NCBI GenBank assembly: GCA_965541615.1
Contig: CBEUCJ010000001.1
Coordinates: 67,754 to 131,753, forward strand
Source: an uncultured bacterium
GTDB taxonomy: Bacteria > Omnitrophota > Gorgyraeia > Duberdicusellales > CBEUCJ01
Length of the DNA stretch: 64,000 bases
Direction: 5' to 3'
A program made the position numbers and the translations under genes. The notes under the pieces are model-generated. The model had not been told where the DNA came from. It saw nothing but the letters and a program-made list of their open reading frames with translations, and searched no databases. Of the stretch, positions 37,732 to 48,495 are shown piece by piece (the first letter of the stretch is position 1; the number at the start of each line of letters is the position of its first letter).

Positions 37732-38876
37732 TGCATCTATTAATCAGTGGCCTTCCTAAAGTTGGAAAGACTACTCTTGTAAAAGAACTCTTAAAAGAAT
37801 TTAAGAATTCATCTTGTGGATTTATTACTGAAGAACTTAAAAAAGACAGAAGAAGAATAGGATTTTTATTAAAAACTACAGATAAAAATGAATTCATCTT
37901 TGCTCAGAAAAATATGGATTCTGAATACAAATTAAAAGACTATGGAATAAATATAAAAGAATTTGAAGAGAAGGCTTTAAAGTTATTAACAAAAAAAGAT
38001 AAGAGATTCATAGTTATAGATGAAATTGGAAAAATGGAGTTGTTCAGTCAAAGATTTAAGAAAATTTTAGAAGAAATTCTTAACTCAGACAAAAGGATCT
38101 ATGGAACTATACACAGAGAAAACAAAGGTTTTCTAAAAGAAATCAAAGAAAGAAGAGATGTCTTGGTCTTAGAGTTAAAAAAAGAAAATTTTAAAGAAAC
38201 TTTAAAATTCTGTAGAGAATTTCTAAAAGCTTTTACTCCTGCTGAATGCAAAAAATTAGATAGAATCTGCAAAGAAAAGTTTAATATAAGTGAAGAAGTA
38301 TTAGCAGAATCTGCTGGATTATCTGTGAGTTTAGAGGTCTTAAAAATCTTTGAAAATATCAAAAAGGACATTTTTATCATAGCAGGAAAAGGAAATAATG
38401 GAGCTGATGGTTTAGTAGCTGCAAGATATCTTTCTATGAAAGTAAAAAATTTAAAAGTTTTTTTAATAAAAGAAAAAGACTACTCAGAGTTAAACAAAAA
38501 GAATCAAAGAATACTTAAAAATATAGGTATAAACTTAGAATACTTAGAAAATGAATCTGACTTTGATAAATTAAAGGAAGGAATCTATATAGACGGAATT
38601 TTTGGAATAGGTTTTAAAGGTAAAGTAGAAGGTTTCTATAAGGAATTGATAGAAAAAATAAATAAAGTCTCTATCTTTACAATAAGTATAGATACGCCCT
38701 CTGGCTTAGATTCTCAAACTGGATTTATAAACAAAACTTGCATAAGACCAGATTTAATTATAAGTTTTTTTGGCAAGAAAACAGGATTTTTAATCAACCA
38801 AGGGAAAGACCTTTGCAAAAAAATAATAGTTAAAGAGTTAGCTATAAGTACTAAAGAATTAGAAAGATTCTTATGA
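37731..38876 (+). CDS. Fusion of THEP1/NTPase_1 nucleoside-triphosphatase and NAD(P)HX epimerase (NnrE/YjeF_N)
   Basis: GLPKVGKTT, GFITEE, RIGF, IVIDEIGKMELFS (NTPase_1); ESAG, AGKGNNGADG, DGIFGIG, SIDTPSG (YjeF_N). Confidence 0.85.
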   Translation: MHLLISGLPKVGKTTLVKELLKEFKNSSCGFITEELKKDRRRIGFLLKTTDKNEFIFAQKNMDSEYKLKDYGINIKEFEEKALKLLTKKDKRFIVIDEIGKMELFSQRFKKILEEILNSDKRIYGTIHRENKGFLKEIKERRDVLVLELKKENFKETLKFCREFLKAFTPAECKKLDRICKEKFNISEEVLAESAGLSVSLEVLKIFENIKKDIFIIAGKGNNGADGLVAARYLSMKVKNLKVFLIKEKDYSELNKKNQRILKNIGINLEYLENESDFDKLKEGIYIDGIFGIGFKGKVEGFYKELIEKINKVSIFTISIDTPSGLDSQTGFINKTCIRPDLIISFFGKKTGFLINQGKDLCKKIIVKELAISTKELERFL

Positions 38877-39505
38877 AGATAGAACTCGTTATCAGAAAAA
38901 TAAAAGAGATGATAAAAGAAGAAAAACCTTTTTTAGACAAAGTAACATCCAAAAATGTTTTTAAAGTGTTAATTAGTTGTTTGCTCTCCTTAAGGACTAA
39001 AGATCAGATTACTAAAAAAGCTGTGCAAAGGTTTTTTAAAAGATTTAAGACTCTTAAAAGTATTGAAAAAGCCAGTATAAAAGAAATAGAAAAAGTAATC
39101 TTTCCTGTAGGCTTTTATAGAACAAAAGCTAAGAGAATAAAAGAACTAGTTTGTAGATTAATAAAAGAATATAAAGGAAAAGTTCCTGATAAAAAAGAAG
39201 AACTTTTGAAATTAAAAGGGGTAGGCAATAAATGTGCTAATTTAATTTTAAGCTTGGTATTCAAAAAACCTGAAATCTGTGTAGATACTCATGTGCACAG
39301 GATCTCTAACAGATTAGGTTGGGTAAAGACAAAAACTCCTCAACAAACAGAAAGAGAGTTAAAAAAAGTCCTACCTATAAAATTTTGGAGAGAAATTAAT
39401 TGGATTTTAGTAAGTTTTGGACAAAAAATCTGTAGACCTCTAAAACCTAAATGTGAAATCTGCAAAATAAGCAAAGAGTGTGAGTTTTTTAAAAGAAAAA
39501 GTTAA
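38873..39505 (+). CDS. nth: Endonuclease III
   Basis: LISCLLSLRTKD, HhH LKGVGNKCA, VDTHVHRISNRLG, C-terminal CxxxxxxCxxCxxxxxC. Confidence 0.95.
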   Translation: MKIELVIRKIKEMIKEEKPFLDKVTSKNVFKVLISCLLSLRTKDQITKKAVQRFFKRFKTLKSIEKASIKEIEKVIFPVGFYRTKAKRIKELVCRLIKEYKGKVPDKKEELLKLKGVGNKCANLILSLVFKKPEICVDTHVHRISNRLGWVKTKTPQQTERELKKVLPIKFWREINWILVSFGQKICRPLKPKCEICKISKECEFFKRKS

Positions 39506-39546
39506 GTAGAAATGATCTTACTCCCATAGACACTTAAATTATCCAC

Positions 39547-39590
39547 TTGACAACTAGTATACTCTAAAGTATACTACTTACGAGTATACT
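39547..39590 (+). promoter_or_regulatory. Promoter with three palindromic AGTATACT operator boxes
   Basis: TTGACA(39547)-N17-TATACT(39570); AGTATACT at 39556, 39568 and 39583. Confidence 0.7.
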
Positions 39591-39603
39591 ATTTAAGTTA
39601 AAT

Positions 39604-41019
39604 ATGAAGTTCATAAATCGAGAAAAAGAACTGCAATTTTTAGAAGAGAGATATTTATCTAAAAAACCCGAATTTATCATCATCTATGGCAAAAGAAGAG
39701 TAGGCAAAACTGAACTTATCAAACAGTTTATTAAGAAAAAACCTGCTATATATTTTCTTGCAGACAAAAGAAACCTCTTAGAACAATTAAAAGAATTAGG
39801 AAAAGTTATTGGAGGATATTTTAAAGATACAATTTTAGAAAGGAGAGGGTTTAATAATTTTTTAGAAGTATTTGAGTATCTGAAAGAAAAAGTAAAAAAC
39901 AGACTCATCTTTGTCATAGACGAATACCCTTATTTAGTTGAAGTAGAAAAATCTATTACTTCTATATTTCAAAAAGGGTGGGATGAATATTTAAAGAATA
40001 CCAAAATTTTTCTTATTCTTTGCGGCTCAAGTGTTTCTATGATGGAGGAAGAAACTCTTATTTATAAATCTCCTCTTTATGGAAGAAGAACAGGACAGAT
40101 TTTATTAAAACCACTTTCTTTTTATGAAAGTTGGAAGTTCTTTCCCAAGATAAATTTTGATAAGTTTTTAGAGATCTTTACTATTACAGGAGGAGTTCCT
40201 TGCTATCTTCTTCAGATTAACTCTGCTCTTTCTCTTGAAGAGAATATTAAGTTAAAGATTTTCCCTAAAACAGAATTTTTACATAACGAAGTTGAATTTA
40301 TTTTAAAAGAAGAATTAAGAGAACCTAAAAATTATCTTGCAATTTTGAAAGCTATTTCTTGGGGAAGAAAAAGATTTAGCGAAATAATAAACGAAACTGG
40401 CTTAGAAAAAAACATTCTTACAAAATATTTAGATGTTTTAAAAAATCTTCAACTGGTTGAAAAGGAAGTACCTGTTACAGAGAAGAATCCTGTAAAATCA
40501 AGAAAAGGACTTTATGAAATTTGTGACAATTTTTTTAGATTTTGGTTTCAATATATCTATCCTTATAAAAGTGATTTGGAGATAGAAAGATTCGATGAAG
40601 TTTTAAGGAAACTAAAAGAAAATTTTAAAATTTTAGAGGCTATAACTTATGAAAAAGTATCTCGTGAAATTCTCTGGAGATTGAGAGATAAAATATTTCC
40701 TTTTGAAAGAATAGGAAAGTGGTGGGAAAAAGGAGAGGAAATAGATATAGTAGGACTTAATCAAAAAACTAAAGAAATTATTTTTGGAGAAGCAAAGTGG
40801 TCAAATAAGCCTATAGATGTAGATGTGTATAAAAAACTAAGAATGAAAAGCAAATCTGTAAATTGGATGAGAAAAAACAGAAAAGAATATTATGTTCTTT
40901 TTAGTAAAAGTGGTTTTACTAAAAACATGATAAAATTAGCAAAAGAAGATGGAATATTTTTAGTCCATAAAGATAAATTGTTGTATAATCCTAAGAAAAG
41001 AAATGTTGGCTCTTTTTAA
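39604..41019 (+). CDS. Archaeal-type ATPase (ATPase_2) + wHTH + DUF234 PD-(D/E)XK domain
   Basis: FINREKEL, YGKRRVGKT, IDEYPYL, LCGSS, SPLYGRRT, DNFFRFWF, GKWW...EIDIV...GEAKW. Confidence 0.88.
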   Translation: MKFINREKELQFLEERYLSKKPEFIIIYGKRRVGKTELIKQFIKKKPAIYFLADKRNLLEQLKELGKVIGGYFKDTILERRGFNNFLEVFEYLKEKVKNRLIFVIDEYPYLVEVEKSITSIFQKGWDEYLKNTKIFLILCGSSVSMMEEETLIYKSPLYGRRTGQILLKPLSFYESWKFFPKINFDKFLEIFTITGGVPCYLLQINSALSLEENIKLKIFPKTEFLHNEVEFILKEELREPKNYLAILKAISWGRKRFSEIINETGLEKNILTKYLDVLKNLQLVEKEVPVTEKNPVKSRKGLYEICDNFFRFWFQYIYPYKSDLEIERFDEVLRKLKENFKILEAITYEKVSREILWRLRDKIFPFERIGKWWEKGEEIDIVGLNQKTKEIIFGEAKWSNKPIDVDVYKKLRMKSKSVNWMRKNRKEYYVLFSKSGFTKNMIKLAKEDGIFLVHKDKLLYNPKKRNVGSF

Positions 41020-41062
41020 AAATAATTGAACGCTATGATAATCTTAAAAGGAGGTGAGATCT

Positions 41063-41719
41063 ATGAAAGTAAAATTCTTGGGACATGCTTGTTTTTTGAT
41101 CGAAACTCAAAATAAAAAAATATTAACAGATCCTTATGAACCTCAAAGTTATGGAGGAGCTGTAGCTTACACTCCAATAGAAGAATCTGTAGACATAGTA
41201 ACTGTAAGCCATTCTCATGCTGATCACAGTGGAACGAGTTCTTTAAAAGGTAATCCTATAATAAAAGATACTGAAAAAGAAGAAAATTTTGAAGGAATAA
41301 AAATAAAAGGGTTAAAAAGCTTTCATGATGAAAAAGGAGGTCTTTTGAGAGGTCAAAACATTATCTTTGTAATCGAATCAGAAGGTTTAAAAATAGCCCA
41401 TTTAGGAGACTTAGGAACCATTCCTTCTCAAGATATTTTAGATGAACTCAAAAATGTAGATATACTTTTGATCCCTGTAGGAGGAGTATTTACTATAGAC
41501 TACAAAAAAGCTACCCAATTAATAGACTTAATAAATCCCAAAATAGTCATCCCCATGCATTATAAAACAGAAAGATTAGGTTTTGATATTGACAGAGTAG
41601 ATAAATTTTTGGAAGGAAAAGAAAATGTTGTAAAAAAAGAAAATTCAGAAATAGAGATTAAAAAAGAAAATTTACCTTCTAAAACTCAAATAGTAGTCTT
41701 AAAACCTGCTAATGTATGA
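41063..41719 (+). CDS. MBL-fold metallo-hydrolase (Lactamase_B_3-like)
   Basis: LGHACFLI, TDPY, SHSHADH, HLGDLG, LIPVGG, IPMHY. Confidence 0.88.
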   Translation: MKVKFLGHACFLIETQNKKILTDPYEPQSYGGAVAYTPIEESVDIVTVSHSHADHSGTSSLKGNPIIKDTEKEENFEGIKIKGLKSFHDEKGGLLRGQNIIFVIESEGLKIAHLGDLGTIPSQDILDELKNVDILLIPVGGVFTIDYKKATQLIDLINPKIVIPMHYKTERLGFDIDRVDKFLEGKENVVKKENSEIEIKKENLPSKTQIVVLKPANV

Positions 41720-42422
41720 AGAAAGAACTTATAGAAAATATTCAGTACCCAAAGATCTGTTTAAAACACATTTAATCATTGAAGAATCTGATATTTTAGT
41801 CTTTACTTCTGAAAAAATAGAAAGTTCTGAAATAGAAAAAAAGGTAAAAAGTTTAAGAGAAGATATTAAAACTTACATTAAAAGAGATAGGAATTTTTTA
41901 ACTACCCTCTCAGCTTATGAACCAGAAAATTCTGCTCCCCAAATAATAAAAGAAATGTGTAAAGTAAGTAAAATTTTAGACGTTGGACCTATGGCGTGTG
42001 TGGCAGGTGCTATCAGTGAATTTTTAGGTAGAGAACTCCTTAAAAAAAGTAAAGAAGTTATAGTAGAAAATGGAGGTGATATCTTTTTAAAAATTACCAG
42101 ACAAAGAAATATAGGAATTTTCTACAATAAAAACGATCTTTTAAAAATAAAATTAACTACTCTTAATACTCCTTTAGGAATAGCTTCATCCTCAGGAAAA
42201 TTTGGACATTCTTTAAGCTTTGGAAACTGTGATTTAGTGTGCGTAATTAGTGAATCAGCTATTTTCAGTGACGGTGCAGCTACATTCTTAGGAAATCTCA
42301 TTAAAACTCAAAAAGACATTCTACCTGCTTTTAAAAAAATTAAAAAATACAAAGAAATAAAAGCAGTTCTTGTCATCTTTGAAGGAAAGATATTTGTTCA
42401 AGGAGACTTAGAATTTAGTTAA
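41712..42422 (+). CDS. UPF0280 / ApbE-like family protein
   Basis: YEERTYR, VGPMACVAGAI, VENGGDI, GIASSSG..GHSLSFG..D. Confidence 0.85.
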   Translation: MYEERTYRKYSVPKDLFKTHLIIEESDILVFTSEKIESSEIEKKVKSLREDIKTYIKRDRNFLTTLSAYEPENSAPQIIKEMCKVSKILDVGPMACVAGAISEFLGRELLKKSKEVIVENGGDIFLKITRQRNIGIFYNKNDLLKIKLTTLNTPLGIASSSGKFGHSLSFGNCDLVCVISESAIFSDGAATFLGNLIKTQKDILPAFKKIKKYKEIKAVLVIFEGKIFVQGDLEFS

Positions 42423-42426
42423 CTTA

Positions 42427-43197
42427 TTAAAATTCTATAAAAGAAAAATCCTTTGGAAAAATAACGTTTCCTTTAAAATTTTTCTTTATTTCTTTCTTCA
42501 TCTTCTCTAAGTGTTTTTTTGAAGAAACGAGAAAATGTATAGGGACCAAATTTTTAACACCACATTCTTTTGCTAAAATTCCCAATTGTAAAGATGAAGT
42601 ATGCATTGAAAATAGATTTCTGTATCTTAAAAAATATGTATGAGGAGCTGTACAATCACATATTAGAAAGTCTGAACCTTTAGCTATTCTTGTTAACTCT
42701 TTAAAAAACCTAGTATCAGAAGTAAAAATTATTTTCTTTTCATTTTTTATAATCTTTATTCCAAAAGAATTAGAAATATGTTTTGTTTTGAAATAGAAAA
42801 TTTTCAAATTTTTATATGAATAAAAAGGCTCTGTTTTATCTACAGCAACAAATCTTATGTGAGGGTAAGGTTTTTTATTAAAAACTTTAAAAAGTTTTAA
42901 ATATTTTTTTATAAAATTTATAGATAGAGAATGCGTGTAAATATTTAAAAAATCATTAAAGTAACCTTGTGAATGTACCAAACTTACTAATCCATAAATA
43001 TGATCTGGATGAGTATGGGTAATGATTACATCTTTTAAATTATAAAATTTTATATTCAAAGTTTGTAATTTCTTGAGTGGACTTCCTCCTATATCTACAA
43101 GTATAGGTCTTTTACTATAAAGAATGAGAAGACTTGTGTTATCTCTTTCTTTTGTACTTACTGATGCTGAAGTTCCTAAAAAATAGATTTTAGCCAT
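42427..43197 (-). CDS. Ribonuclease Z-like MBL-fold hydrolase
   Basis: FLGTSAS....RDN, THTHPDH (HxHxDH), FTSDT, MHTS, PIHF. Confidence 0.75.
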   Translation of the reverse strand: MAKIYFLGTSASVSTKERDNTSLLILYSKRPILVDIGGSPLKKLQTLNIKFYNLKDVIITHTHPDHIYGLVSLVHSQGYFNDFLNIYTHSLSINFIKKYLKLFKVFNKKPYPHIRFVAVDKTEPFYSYKNLKIFYFKTKHISNSFGIKIIKNEKKIIFTSDTRFFKELTRIAKGSDFLICDCTAPHTYFLRYRNLFSMHTSSLQLGILAKECGVKNLVPIHFLVSSKKHLEKMKKEIKKNFKGNVIFPKDFSFIEF

Positions 43198-43231
43198 GAA
43201 ATTTTATAAATTATACAAGAAAATATTTTTC

Positions 43232-43330
43232 TTGAAAGTAGGAAATAACACTTTATAATATCCTTATTCTGAAAATTGCAACTATTATTCCTTATGAATC
43301 CTGTGGAAAAATTGTGGAAATTGTGAAAAA
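43232..43330. promoter_or_regulatory. dnaA promoter and upstream DnaA-box cluster (oriC part 1)
   Basis: TTGAAA-N16-TATAAT; TGTGGAAAA (43302), TGTGGAAAT (43313) and TGTGAAAAA (43322) resemble reverse-complement TTWTNCACA. Confidence 0.75.
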
Positions 43331-43337
43331 ATAGATT

Positions 43338-44666
43338 ATGGATGTTTTAAAAATTTGGCAAGAAGCTAAAGAAAAAATAAAATCTAGGATTGGAGATACT
43401 TCTTTTGAAACATGGATATCTTCCACACAGGTAAAGGAAGACAAAAACTGTTTAATTTTAGAAGTACCTGATAAATTCTTTAAAGATTGGTTAGAGACCC
43501 ATTATTTAGAAATAATAAAAGAATGCCTTTTGTTATGTGGATATAAAGGAGAAATAAAATTAAAAATAAATCCTTATCTTTTGAAACCCTCTACAAAATC
43601 TAAATTTTCTCAGCTAGAATTTCAATTTCAAGAGACTCAAGATTTTTCACATCTAAATCCTCGTTATACATTTGAAAACTTTGTAGTTGGAAATTCTAAC
43701 AAATTTGCACATGCAGCCTGTTTAGCTGTAGCTAACTCTCCTGGAAAAACTTACAATCCTTTGTTTATATATGGAGGCGTAGGTTTAGGTAAAACCCATC
43801 TTTTGCAAGCTATAGCTCATAGAGTTAAAGGAAAATTTTCTGAAGCTAAAGTTTTATATATTTCAGCAGAAGATTTTACAAATCAATTGATAAAGTCTAT
43901 CCAAACTCATTCTACAGAAAGATTTAGGAATAAATTTAGAAATCTTAACGTATTATTAATCGATGATATCCACTTTTTAGGAGGTAAAGAATCTACCCAA
44001 GAAGAGTTTTTTCACACCTTCAATGTACTTTATGATAACCATAAACAAATAGTCATTTCTTCAGACCGTCCACCAAAAGAACTACCTAGGATGGAAGAGA
44101 GATTAGTATCTAGATTTAATTGGGGATTAGTTGTGGATATTCAACCTCCAGATTTTGAGACAAGATTAGCTATATTAAAAAAGAAAATAGAAAATGAACC
44201 TATAAAAGTCCCTACTGAAGTCTTAGAATTTATTGCAGAAAAGGTTACTTCTAACATAAGAGAATTAGAAGGTGCTTTGGTAAGAGTTTTTGCTTATTCT
44301 TTAATAGAAAATAAACCTATAACTTTAGAGTTAGCTAAAGAAGTGTTAAAAGACATGTTAAAAGAAGCTAAATTAAATATTAGTGTAGATAAAGTTAAAA
44401 GAAAAGTAGCTGAATATTTCAATATTTCTTTTGAAGATTTGAAATCTAAAAAAAGAAGTAAAACTATTATTTTTCCAAGACAAATAGCTATATATCTGGT
44501 TAGAAAATTAACTGATTTTTCTTTACCAGAAATTGCTAGGTTTTTTGGTAAAAAAGATCACACAACTATTTTACATTCTATCAACAAGATAGAAGAGTTA
44601 GTAAAAAAGGATTTAAAGGTTAAAAATATAGTTTTAGAAATAGAAAATGAAATTAGAAGAAACTAA
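43338..44666 (+). CDS. dnaA: Chromosomal replication initiator DnaA
   Basis: YTFENFVVG, YNPLFIYGGVGLGKTHL, QEEFFHTFN, NIRELEGAL, KDHTTI. Confidence 0.99.
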   Translation: MDVLKIWQEAKEKIKSRIGDTSFETWISSTQVKEDKNCLILEVPDKFFKDWLETHYLEIIKECLLLCGYKGEIKLKINPYLLKPSTKSKFSQLEFQFQETQDFSHLNPRYTFENFVVGNSNKFAHAACLAVANSPGKTYNPLFIYGGVGLGKTHLLQAIAHRVKGKFSEAKVLYISAEDFTNQLIKSIQTHSTERFRNKFRNLNVLLIDDIHFLGGKESTQEEFFHTFNVLYDNHKQIVISSDRPPKELPRMEERLVSRFNWGLVVDIQPPDFETRLAILKKKIENEPIKVPTEVLEFIAEKVTSNIRELEGALVRVFAYSLIENKPITLELAKEVLKDMLKEAKLNISVDKVKRKVAEYFNISFEDLKSKKRSKTIIFPRQIAIYLVRKLTDFSLPEIARFFGKKDHTTILHSINKIEELVKKDLKVKNIVLEIENEIRRN

Positions 44667-44720
44667 TCCACATTTTTCACAATATTTTCTATCCCCTACT
44701 ATCTTAATTACAGAGTATAA
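44664..44720 (+). promoter_or_regulatory. oriC unwinding region: tandem DnaA boxes, CCCC motif and DnaA-trio-like repeats
   Basis: TAATCCACA-TTTTTCACA tandem boxes, then CCCC-TAC-TAT in the dnaA-dnaN gap. Confidence 0.7.
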
Positions 44721-44745
44721 GTGTAGAAGAAAATAGGAGGTAAAA

Positions 44746-45843
44746 ATGAGTGGAAATGTGGAAATTAAAAAGAATGAGTTTTTAAAAGCATTGCAAAAGT
44801 CATCTAAAATAATAACTGCAAAACCACCTTTACCTGTATTGAGTAATGTATTATTAGATTTTAAAGAAGATACAATGAGGATTTTAACTACTGATTTAGA
44901 AAAATCTATTTCTGTTAGGATTAATTCTTCTGTTAAAAAAGAAGGAAGAGTTTGTTTTCCTGCTAAAAGATTACTCAGCTTTGTTAGAGAAATGCCAGGT
45001 GAAGAGATTTTGTTAGAGATAGATGGAGATTTTCAAGGAATTTTAAGAAGTCAAAATTGTGAATTTAAGATTTTAGGTCAAAATCCAGATGAGTTTCCTG
45101 AGTTTCCTGAAATAAAAGAAGCTTTAACATTTGAGTTAGATACTCACAGTTTAGAAAAAGCAATAAAATTAGTCTCTTATGCAGTTTCTAGTGAAGAGAG
45201 TAAATATGTATTAAATGGTATTTTATTTGAATTTGAGGATTCAGAGTTAAAATTGATAGCTACTGATGGGAGGAGATTAGCTTTATCTAAGATTCCTTTA
45301 AAAACAGAAATAACTGAAAAAATTTCTTTTATAGCTCCTTCTGAGACAGTAGATGTTTTAGAAGATTTTATAAGTGAGAAGATAAATATAAAAATATGTT
45401 TTTCTGAAAATAAAATTTTATTTGATTTAGATAATATTCAAATAATCTCTAGGAGTTTAGAAGGAGAATTTCCAGATTATAAACAAGTAATACCTGATCC
45501 TTGGCCTTCAAGACTTAAGATAAACAGGGATATTTTTTTGGCTTCTTTAAAAAGAGCTAATTTGTTAACTACTTTAGATTATCAAGCTGTACAGTTAGAT
45601 ATAAAAGAAGACAGATTAATAGTTAAGAAACAGACACCAGAAATAGGTGAGATGCAGGAATCTTTAGAAGCTAAATTTTCAGGTAAACCTCTAAGTATTA
45701 GTTTTAATCCAGTTTATTTAATAGAGCCATTAAAGAATTTAAAAGACTCTGAACTTGAAATTGAAATTAGAGATTCTGAAAAACCAGCAGTTATTAGAAA
45801 AGAAGATTTTCTTTATATAGTGTTGCCTATTAGGATGGTATGA
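44746..45843 (+). CDS. dnaN: DNA polymerase III beta sliding clamp
   Basis: LPVLSNVL, TTDLE, YVLNG, ATDGRRL, EGEFPDY, SFNPVYL, VLPIR. Confidence 0.97.
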   Translation: MSGNVEIKKNEFLKALQKSSKIITAKPPLPVLSNVLLDFKEDTMRILTTDLEKSISVRINSSVKKEGRVCFPAKRLLSFVREMPGEEILLEIDGDFQGILRSQNCEFKILGQNPDEFPEFPEIKEALTFELDTHSLEKAIKLVSYAVSSEESKYVLNGILFEFEDSELKLIATDGRRLALSKIPLKTEITEKISFIAPSETVDVLEDFISEKINIKICFSENKILFDLDNIQIISRSLEGEFPDYKQVIPDPWPSRLKINRDIFLASLKRANLLTTLDYQAVQLDIKEDRLIVKKQTPEIGEMQESLEAKFSGKPLSISFNPVYLIEPLKNLKDSELEIEIRDSEKPAVIRKEDFLYIVLPIRMV

Positions 45844-46112
45844 TAGAAAAAATAGGTAATAGTGTAAAAGAGATAGTAAATTCAACAAAGAAAAAGTATA
45901 TTAAATTTCAGAAAGAAATAAAAGAAAAGATTTTAAAAGAACTCTCTTCTAAAGAGATAAATTTTATAAAATCTATAGAAGTGAGTAATAAAATAGTGTA
46001 TATTAAAGTGTCAAATTTTTTTGTAGGTTATTTTTTAAAATTCAAAAAAGGAAAGCTTCTTAAGGTGCTTAAAGATTCAGAGATAGAAGATATAAAATTT
46101 AAGATTGCTTAA
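45840..46112 (+). CDS. Possible divergent DciA/DUF721-like protein
   Basis: Position between dnaN and gyrB; ..IG..V..I N-terminus and IEDIKFKI C-terminus; weak similarity. Confidence 0.45.
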   Translation: MIEKIGNSVKEIVNSTKKKYIKFQKEIKEKILKELSSKEINFIKSIEVSNKIVYIKVSNFFVGYFLKFKKGKLLKVLKDSEIEDIKFKIA

Positions 46113-46122
46113 GAATTTTTAA

Positions 46123-48492
<2,370 letters not shown>

Positions 48493-48495
48493 GCT

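Noticed and set aside
39539-39547. Isolated DnaA-box-like TTATCCACT
   Set aside because: Single 8/9 match about 4 kb from the box clusters; insufficient evidence
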